NCBI GenBank assembly: GCA_035624215.1
Contig: DASPRY010000053.1
Location: 9,119 to 73,118 of the forward strand
Direction: 5' to 3'
Length of the DNA: 64,000 nt
Origin: Terriglobales bacterium
Lineage (GTDB): Bacteria; Acidobacteriota; Terriglobia; Terriglobales; Acidobacteriaceae
Within the stretch, counting starts at the first letter, position 1. Each line of letters begins with the position of its first letter. The position numbers were made by a program, and so were the translations under genes. Below the pieces are notes generated by a model, which made no database searches, was not told where the DNA came from, and worked only from the letters and a program-made list of their open reading frames with translations. Below are positions 19,340 through 26,005 of the stretch, piece after piece.

Positions 19340-19888
19340 TTATTTCGTTTTGCCAACAGGGCGTGCCAGTGGTGGGATCGGTTTCTGCTGTTCCGAATAT
19401 TTAATCAGCAGGTCAAGGCGTTTGGTTCTGGTCTCTTCTTTCTTCGCGCTAATTACCCAGTAAGTGCTTGTTCTCCTGTACCAGGGCGGCTGGTTTTGGA
19501 AAAAATTCCAGGCTCGCGGGTTGCGGCGAAATTCTTGTTCCTGCGCGACCTCAAGCGTTGCCAATTTTCTTTGTGCATAGGAATAGACGGCCGAATTTTC
19601 ATCCGTACGTTTTTCGAACGCATTCAGCCCGGCAGGGCTCATCAGCCGCTGCGCAAGAAGCTCTTTTGCGCGCGCTATGTTCACTGCGCTCCAGGTGCTG
19701 CGGGGCTTGCGCGGGGTGAATCGGATCACGTAGCTGAAGGCGTCATAGCCTCTGCGTATGCCATCAATCCAACCGAAGCATAGAGCCTGATCTACAGCTT
19801 CTGGCCATGTGATGCTCGGTTTTCCCGAATTTCTCTTGTAGAACCCTACCCACAATTCCTGAGTTGTGTGTGATGCTTTTGCAACCAT
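19340..19888 (-). CDS. YdeI/OmpD-associated family protein. This is the longest intact ORF. The gene appears to begin at 19928 and to be frameshifted twice (see finding).
   Basis: ELWVGFYKRNSGKPSITWPEAVDQALCFGWIDG core. The upstream frames encode MKPRF and FATPAKFRAWLQKHH. Confidence 0.75.
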   Translation of the reverse strand: MVAKASHTTQELWVGFYKRNSGKPSITWPEAVDQALCFGWIDGIRRGYDAFSYVIRFTPRKPRSTWSAVNIARAKELLAQRLMSPAGLNAFEKRTDENSAVYSYAQRKLATLEVAQEQEFRRNPRAWNFFQNQPPWYRRTSTYWVISAKKEETRTKRLDLLIKYSEQQKPIPPLARPVGKTK

Positions 19889-19927
19889 GCGCGAAATTTA
19901 GCGGGAGTGGCAAAAATCGAGGTTTCA

Positions 19928-21067
19928 TCAGTGGGGATTTGGCCGGTAAATCCAGCGGTCGGAAGCGGAAGAAGGCGCGGGGATGTCGTTCGCATTCACG
20001 CGCGCCACGATTCTCTCTACCAGTTTGTGATCGGGAGCCAGCGAGCACACCGGATCAGTTACCGCCGCCTTGCCCGTCAATAACAGTGCCTGGCAGCGAC
20101 ATCCCCCAAAATCGTCAGTACGGCGGTCACAACTGCGACAAGGCTCGGGCATCCAGGCATCGCCACGAAATTTGAGGAATGCGGGCGATTCGTTCCAGAT
20201 CCATTCCATGGAATGCGCGCGGACGTTGTCGAACTCCAGGCCCGGAATCACAGCCGCGGCGTGGCAGGGAAGCGCCCGGCCTGCGGGATCAATGAGCATC
20301 AGGCGGCGTCCCCATCCTCCCATGCAGGCCTTGGGATAGCGAGCGTAATAGTCGGAAGCGACGTAGTCGATGCGCATACGGCCGCTGAGGCGCGCTTCAG
20401 CCGCATCAACAAGTTTTTGCGCGGATTCCAATTGTCGCATTGTCGGAAGCAGATTCTCCAAGTTGCGCAACGCCCAGCCGTAATACTGAACGTTGGCAAT
20501 CTCGACCCGATCAGGGGCGAGTTCTTCAACCATGGAGATAATTTCGTCAAGGTGATCGAGGTTCTGGCGGTGTACCACGACATTGACCGTAAATGCCAGT
20601 TTGAATTTGCGAATGAGACGCGCAAGCTGGAGTTTGCGAGCATGGCTCGGCGCGCCCGCAATTTCGTCCGCCAACTCTTCCCGCGAGCCTTGAAAGCTGA
20701 GCTGAATGTGTTCCAGGCCCTCGTCGACCAAGGCCGCCAGCCGTTGTTCCGAGAGTCCGATCCCGGAGGTAATCAGGTTCACGTAAAGGCCGGCGGTTCG
20801 AGCGGCCCCGGTCAGCTCCGTAAGATCGGAACGCGCTAATGGTTCGCCACCTGTGAAGTGGGCGTGCAAGGCGCCTAGTTGCCCGAGTTCCTCGAAAACT
20901 CGTACCCATTCGTCTGTCGAAAGCTCCGAAGCGGCATTCTGCATTTCGAGCGGATTGGAGCAATACACGCAATGCAGGGGGCAGCGATGAGTAAGTTCTG
21001 CGATTAAAGCTAAAGGACCAGTGGGCATCAGAATTCCGAGCGCGTGCTCAAATCGTCTCCTCCGCAC
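19928..21067 (-). CDS. pqqE: PQQ biosynthesis radical-SAM protein PqqE
   Basis: LIAELTHRCPLHCVYCSNP plus the SPASM Cys cluster (CRSCDRRTDDFGGCRC). The start is uncertain (GTG 21067 or ATG 21028). Confidence 0.92.
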   Translation of the reverse strand: MRRRRFEHALGILMPTGPLALIAELTHRCPLHCVYCSNPLEMQNAASELSTDEWVRVFEELGQLGALHAHFTGGEPLARSDLTELTGAARTAGLYVNLITSGIGLSEQRLAALVDEGLEHIQLSFQGSREELADEIAGAPSHARKLQLARLIRKFKLAFTVNVVVHRQNLDHLDEIISMVEELAPDRVEIANVQYYGWALRNLENLLPTMRQLESAQKLVDAAEARLSGRMRIDYVASDYYARYPKACMGGWGRRLMLIDPAGRALPCHAAAVIPGLEFDNVRAHSMEWIWNESPAFLKFRGDAWMPEPCRSCDRRTDDFGGCRCQALLLTGKAAVTDPVCSLAPDHKLVERIVARVNANDIPAPSSASDRWIYRPNPH

Positions 21068-21106
21068 GAATACGTTCGTTTACTGGAGGGCATGCAGGGG
21101 GAGAAT

Positions 21107-21385
21107 TTAAAAATCCACAATGCGCTTTTTGTACAGTTGTTGGAGGAATGTCGCAACCTCCTGATGAATGCGGACAGGGTCAGCTGTGGTGTAGGTATTT
21201 TGCATCTCCTCCACAATCTGCTGAACCGTGCGGCGGCCGTCGCAATACTCGAGAATAGCCCGCCCAGTGCCTTGCAAGCGGATGGCGCCTTCTGGAAAAA
21301 GCAGCATTCGCTCCGGACCGCTTGCTTCTGCCCACCGACAGCCCACGGCCAGCCGCGGCTGGCTGGAGTTTTCAATTGTTGCCAC
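21107..21385 (-). CDS. pqqD: PQQ biosynthesis peptide chaperone PqqD
   Basis: PRLAVGCRW..LLFPEGAIRLQGTGRAILEYCDGRRTV. A GTG at 21385 gives 92 aa and overlaps the pqqC 3' end by 14 nt. Confidence 0.8.
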   Translation of the reverse strand: MATIENSSQPRLAVGCRWAEASGPERMLLFPEGAIRLQGTGRAILEYCDGRRTVQQIVEEMQNTYTTADPVRIHQEVATFLQQLYKKRIVDF

Positions 21386-22145
21386 GCCGGGCCTCCTGGG
21401 CAGGAACAAAAGCTCCCGGTGGCGGCCACCCTGGTTCGACATAAGCGAAGTGAAGCGCATCGAGTTGGGCCCAGAGTATGTCGCACTTCCGCCGCAGGGC
21501 AGCGATCGCCGCTTCTTGTTCCTGGCGAGTGCAGGCATGCTCCGCAACCCACTTGAAAGCGAACGCCGCGTCTTCAGGAGCCTGGGTCAGCCGCGCAGTG
21601 AAATAATCGAGTCCGCCTGAGAGCCAGGGGTAGTGTTTTCGCAGCGCATCCATTCGCAGGGCGATCAGGTCGCGTGAGAAGAGTTCGGTCAGCGAAGAAG
21701 CCACAGCTTCGAGAAAGGTGCGGTTCCTTACCAGATCCAGGTACGCGTCCACTGCATAGCGAGTTGCCGGCAGCACCCCTTGCCCGCTTTGAACGATTTC
21801 GCGCGATAAACCGGTAGCTTGGCCAAGCTTAAGCCAACGCTCGATTCCACCGTCAACATCCGCTCCACCATCATGGTCGACGATCCGCTTGCGCCAGGCA
21901 ACGCGAAAATTCCGGTCCTCGCTGCGCGACAGGATGATGGCGTCCTTAATCGGAATCCGGCTCTGATAGTAATAGCGGTTCAGGGCCCAGGCCTGCAGTT
22001 GGCCCCGGCTAAGCCGGCCCTCGTGCATCATCAAATGAAACGGGTGCTTATGATGGTAGCGTTCCCTCCCGACTTCCTCTAGCCGGGAACGCAATTCCTC
22101 CTGCGTAAGCAGTTGCTCCTGATTAGCTGACTCCCGAGTAGACAT
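21372..22145 (-). CDS. pqqC: pyrroloquinoline-quinone synthase PqqC
   Basis: RYHHKHPFH, NRYYYQSRIPIKDA and RIVDHDG. I preferred the ATG at 22145 (GGAG upstream) to the TTG at 22154. Confidence 0.92.
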   Translation of the reverse strand: MSTRESANQEQLLTQEELRSRLEEVGRERYHHKHPFHLMMHEGRLSRGQLQAWALNRYYYQSRIPIKDAIILSRSEDRNFRVAWRKRIVDHDGGADVDGGIERWLKLGQATGLSREIVQSGQGVLPATRYAVDAYLDLVRNRTFLEAVASSLTELFSRDLIALRMDALRKHYPWLSGGLDYFTARLTQAPEDAAFAFKWVAEHACTRQEQEAAIAALRRKCDILWAQLDALHFAYVEPGWPPPGAFVPAQEARRGNN

Positions 22146-22427
22146 GATTCTCAATGACTCCGGGTTCCTTTCTGCTTGCTCAAAGGGCGACTAGCCCCAT
22201 AGTCTTCCCGTATCTAGTAAATCACCGGGTGGTGAGAATTTCCAGCAACTTGGAACAATCATTAGGGTTGAGAATAGCTAAGAAGCCAACAAGAAGGTTA
22301 GGCCACTATGAATGCGTGCACTCCTGTGGTTCTGGATGATCGATCGCGGTTCGAGAGTAAGCAACACATCCCCTTGGGCGTGAGCCGCGGGCTGTGGAAT
22401 GTTGTGGTCGTCTGGATACCAATTTCC

Positions 22428-22859
22428 TCAGTGATGTGGGCAGGAATCATCTACGCGGCATGGTGGTTGTTCCGCTAATCCGGGCTGCTGTCGCTCCCGA
22501 ATTTCCTCGATGCGCGAAGTAATAATCGGCGTGCTGTAATCCGGATGACAGAATTCCAGATGCATGCCTCGTCCGATGTAGCGCTGTTTCAGCATACTTC
22601 CACCCCAGGTCGATCCAGAAATTGCCACTTGCACAGGCTCGGGACAAAACTCGGGATGACCCGAAAGCAGCGCCTCACTTCCACCCAGCAGAACCGCAGT
22701 GTAGCGATGGTTTTGCGTGTCAATCTGCAGGACGGTTGCCGGTGGTAGAGCACTGAGCAAAACTCCACCCTCGATTTCCGATTGCATGATATTGCGATTG
22801 ACGTCATCGCTCAGGTTGGGATGCGGCATAAACATCAGATTGGGCATGGAGTTTATCAC
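22428..22859 (-). CDS. hypothetical protein in the position where pqqB normally sits
   Basis: 143-aa ORF co-directional with pqqCDE, 273 nt upstream. It has no metallo-beta-lactamase HxHxDH motif, and I recognise no family. Confidence 0.55.
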   Translation of the reverse strand: MINSMPNLMFMPHPNLSDDVNRNIMQSEIEGGVLLSALPPATVLQIDTQNHRYTAVLLGGSEALLSGHPEFCPEPVQVAISGSTWGGSMLKQRYIGRGMHLEFCHPDYSTPIITSRIEEIRERQQPGLAEQPPCRVDDSCPHH

Positions 22860-22884
22860 AGTTAGATTGCCACAGTATCCGGAA

Positions 22885-22926
22885 GGTTACCAAAATGTTT
22901 GCCGGCTGGGGGTAACCGTGGTAACC
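22885..22926. promoter_or_regulatory. heptamer sites GGTTACC-N19-GGTAACC-N2-GGTAACC upstream of the 143-aa ORF
   Basis: GGTTACC at 22885-22891. Its reverse complement GGTAACC occurs at 22911-22917 and 22920-22926. These lie 26-67 nt upstream of the ORF start at 22859. Confidence 0.35.
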
Positions 22927-23214
22927 AAGTATTTTCCGAGATGGGACAGCAAAGCGCTACCGACCCAGCTCCCGACCCGAAGCTACGGTAGCGCTGCTCC
23001 TTCTAAGTAAAACTTGTTCAGAATCTAGCCGATAGCCCGCAATTCCTCTAGTGCCCAGTGAGATACGGCCAAGATCGCATCACGCCAAGACCGAGAGTAT
23101 TGGCTGACTTCTCCATTCTGCCCGAGCATCACAACTGCTTGTAATCGTTATCACATCGGCGTGGTCAAGGGGGCGTTATTGTGGTTGTGGTCGCTCGGCT
23201 TGTGAGGAGGCTCT

Positions 23215-23781
23215 ATGGCACCGGTATTCGATGTCCTTCTCGTGCTGGTTATCGCGCTGGCGGTGCTGGGTGTGGCATATGCGGTTCACCGGTTGGTGCT
23301 GGGAGGAGCCCAAGTGCGCAAGCTTTCCGGGAAAATGTTGGTAACCTGCCCTGAAACTCATAAAACTGTGGCAGTGAAGGTTGCCACCGGGCGAGCCGCA
23401 TTGGCAGCAATTGCTGGAAAAGAACATGTCGAGTTGAACAATTGTTCGCGCTGGCCGGAGCGGCAAGATTGCGACCAGGCCTGTTTGGGTGAGCTCCTCG
23501 CCGATCCTGAAAAGCACTCGGTTTGGGCGATTGCTTCGAAGTGGTATCAGGGGAAAACCTGCTTCTATTGTGGGCGGCCGATCTCCGAGTTAAGCCATCT
23601 GGATCACAGCCCGGGTTTGATCAGTTTTGATGGGAAAATTATCGAATGGGACAAGCTGCGGGCGGAAGAGCTTCCCGAGCAATTAGCCTCCGCGCGCCCG
23701 GTCTGCTGGAATTGCACGGTCACCGAAGCTTTTCGCAAAGAGCATCCGGAGCTCGTGATAAATCGTCCCTGGAAGCATTAA
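23215..23781 (+). CDS. membrane-anchored Cys-rich protein (hypothetical)
   Basis: 188 aa with an N-terminal TM helix and 8 Cys, including CFYC and CWNC pairs about 45 aa apart (zinc-ribbon-like). RBS is GAGGAGGctctATG. Confidence 0.7.
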   Translation: MAPVFDVLLVLVIALAVLGVAYAVHRLVLGGAQVRKLSGKMLVTCPETHKTVAVKVATGRAALAAIAGKEHVELNNCSRWPERQDCDQACLGELLADPEKHSVWAIASKWYQGKTCFYCGRPISELSHLDHSPGLISFDGKIIEWDKLRAEELPEQLASARPVCWNCTVTEAFRKEHPELVINRPWKH

Positions 23782-23868
23782 CCCTTTGTTGATGTCATTC
23801 TTACCGAAGCGAAGAATCCATACTTTCAGAGAGTAAATGCGTAGATCCTTCATTCGCCTCAAGGCCAT

Positions 23869-25425
23869 TCAGGATGACAGCTCTTGAGCCTTCTCAGCGG
23901 TCTCAGATCCCTTCTCGGGCCGAAGCTGCGGAAACAAAATCACATCGCGAATTGTTTGTGAACCGGTGAACAACATCGCCAGGCGGTCCACCCCTACGCC
24001 TACGCCGCCGGCCGGAGGCATTCCGTACGACAGTGCGCGGATATAGTCGAGATCCATCTGATGAGCTTCTTCGTCGCCGCGCTCGCGTTCTTTGAGCTGC
24101 TGCTCGAAACGCTGGCGCTGGTCTTCCGGATCATTAAGCTCACTAAAGCCGTTGGCAATTTCCATAGCTCCGACGATGATTTCCCAGCGTTCCGTCCATT
24201 CCGCCTCGTCTGGTTTCTGCTTTGAGAGCGGCGAAACGGCAGTGGGGAACTCGTAAATAATCGTAGGTTGGACCAAATGTTCTTCGGCGGCGGCCTCAAA
24301 CAGGCTAGCAATGGTTTTTCCCGTCGGCTCGTTTGGATCATAGGCCACATGCGCATGTCCGGAGTTGAAGCGCTGCGCCAAGGCTTTTACGGAATCGTGA
24401 CTGGCGAAATCCGACATCTCTGGCTTGCTGCCGGCTTGTTCCGGCCAGTAATGAATGATTGCCTCCCTCATCGTCATACGCCGCCAATTCGACTCTGCCC
24501 AGTCGATTTCGTGTTCACCCCATTTTGACTTCATCCCACCAATCACGTCTTTAGCAGCTTGAATGATTAATTGCTGCGTCAAGTCCATGACTCCGCGATA
24601 ATCGGTGTATGCCTGGTAAAACTCCAGCATGGTGAATTCGGGATTCCAGCGCCATCCCAGGCCCTCGTTGCGGAAGTTGCGATTGATTTCGTAAACGCGA
24701 TCGAATCCCCCAACCGTAAGCCGCTTCAGATAAAGCTCTGGCGCAATCCTCAGATACAAATCCATGTCAAGCGTGTTGTGGTGGGTGACGAACGGCCGCG
24801 CCACGGCCCCGCCGGGAATCGGCTGCATCATCGGAGTTTCGACTTCGATGAAACCCTTAGCGTCGAGAAACCGGCGCATCGATTGCACCAACTTGCTGCG
24901 CTTGAGAAAAACCTCGCGCACCTCGGGGTTCATAATCAAATCCACGTAGCGCTGGCGGTAGCGCAGTTCGACATCGGTCAGACCGTGCCATTTTTCCGGC
25001 AAAGGCAAAAGATCTTTCGACAAGAACGTGATCTCTTCGACGTGCACCGTGAGTTCACCGGTGCGGGTGCGGAACAAGTATCCGCTGACCCCAATGTGAT
25101 CGCCCAAATCGAGCAGCTTGTACAAATCAAATGCTTTCTCTCCGACCGCGTCCTTTTTGACATAAATCTGCATCCTCCGTCCGCCTTGCTGCAGATGTGC
25201 GAAACCGGCCTTGCCCATCAGACGGATGGCCATGATTCGACCAGCTACGCGCACATTGACGCGAGACTGCTCCAGATCGTCGTGGGATTTCGCCTGATAT
25301 TGGGCCAGAACTTCTGGAATGGTGTGAGTGAAATCAAATTTGGTCGGATAAGCCCTCTGCCCGAGGGCTTCGATCTGCTTCAGCTTCTCGCGCCGTTGCT
25401 CGTAGATTTTTTCGTCGAGTGCCAA
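23869..25425 (-). CDS. lysS: lysine--tRNA ligase (class II)
   Basis: 518 aa with an OB-fold N-domain and class II motifs (FRNEG; GGVGVGVDRL). Confidence 0.97.
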   Translation of the reverse strand: MALDEKIYEQRREKLKQIEALGQRAYPTKFDFTHTIPEVLAQYQAKSHDDLEQSRVNVRVAGRIMAIRLMGKAGFAHLQQGGRRMQIYVKKDAVGEKAFDLYKLLDLGDHIGVSGYLFRTRTGELTVHVEEITFLSKDLLPLPEKWHGLTDVELRYRQRYVDLIMNPEVREVFLKRSKLVQSMRRFLDAKGFIEVETPMMQPIPGGAVARPFVTHHNTLDMDLYLRIAPELYLKRLTVGGFDRVYEINRNFRNEGLGWRWNPEFTMLEFYQAYTDYRGVMDLTQQLIIQAAKDVIGGMKSKWGEHEIDWAESNWRRMTMREAIIHYWPEQAGSKPEMSDFASHDSVKALAQRFNSGHAHVAYDPNEPTGKTIASLFEAAAEEHLVQPTIIYEFPTAVSPLSKQKPDEAEWTERWEIIVGAMEIANGFSELNDPEDQRQRFEQQLKERERGDEEAHQMDLDYIRALSYGMPPAGGVGVGVDRLAMLFTGSQTIRDVILFPQLRPEKGSETAEKAQELSS

Positions 25426-25537
25426 GGAGTGCCTTTTGCCGCGTGATGATGAAAGGCGATTATAAACAAGTGCCGTCCTTGAAGGCCCTTATCCACCGGG
25501 TTAGTATTATGTGTCTATTACAGATGAGGAAGGTTCA

Positions 25538-25894
25538 ATGCCGCAGAACTATGTCCCCATTTTTCTGTTCGTGGCAATTGTTGGAGTTCTAATACCGGTT
25601 ACTTTAATCGCGGCGAAGCTGGTGCGCCCGGAGAATCCGAACCGGACAAAGCTGATGCCATACGAGTGTGGCATTGATCCGATTGGACGGTCACGCGGCC
25701 GGTACACCGTGCGCTATTACATCGTGGCCATACTATTTGTGGTCTTCGACGTTGAAACGATTTTTCTGTTTCCCTGGGCAGTGAAGTTCAAAGCGCTGGG
25801 TGTCTTTGGGCTTATCGAGATGCTTATATTCCTAGTCATCCTGATCGTCGGCTACATCTGGATCTGGAAAAAAGGTGCGCTGGACTGGGTGTAA
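25538..25894 (+). CDS. nuoA: NADH-quinone oxidoreductase subunit A
   Basis: YECGIDP...FDVETIFLFPWA...GALDWV. ATG at 25538 with GAGGA upstream. Confidence 0.9.
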   Translation: MPQNYVPIFLFVAIVGVLIPVTLIAAKLVRPENPNRTKLMPYECGIDPIGRSRGRYTVRYYIVAILFVVFDVETIFLFPWAVKFKALGVFGLIEMLIFLVILIVGYIWIWKKGALDWV

Positions 25895-25896
25895 AC

Positions 25897-25930
25897 AGCA
25901 GGCATTAACACTCGGCACTTAGCATTTAGC
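25897..25930. repeat. 3' intergenic word-repeat element (copy 2)
   Basis: AGCAGGCA (25897-25904) and GCACTTAGCATTTAGC (25915-25930). The second block matches copy 1 at 14 of 16 positions. Confidence 0.55.
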
Positions 25931-26005
25931 CAGGAACGATCCCTTATAACTAATAAGAAATCCCAGCTGGGTTGCACCACTTTTGTGGCCAGCGCACTCC
26001 GCTGC

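Noticed and set aside
21386-21547. Longer version of pqqD (track ORF 21107-21547) overlapping pqqC by 176 nt
   Set aside because: The extra N-terminal 54 residues have no PqqD similarity. A GTG at 21385 gives a canonical 92-aa PqqD with a short overlap.
22191-22262. 23-codon minus-strand ORF (MIVPSCWKFSPPGDLLDTGRLWG) upstream of pqqC, considered as pqqA
   Set aside because: It has a Trp-Lys-x-x-Pro-like start but no Glu-x3-Tyr and no Tyr. It is not a PqqA.
22343-22362. GGTTCGAGA T-loop-like string suggesting a tRNA
   Set aside because: There is no flanking T-stem complementarity and no acceptor or anticodon arms. I found no tRNA anywhere in the window.
22298-22369. 23-codon minus-strand ORF (MCCLLSNRDRSSRTTGVHAFIVA) upstream of pqqC, considered as pqqA
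   Set aside because: It has no Glu-x3-Tyr motif and no Tyr at all.
24571-25446. 291-aa plus-strand ORF
   Set aside because: It lies antisense to lysS, which is unambiguous.
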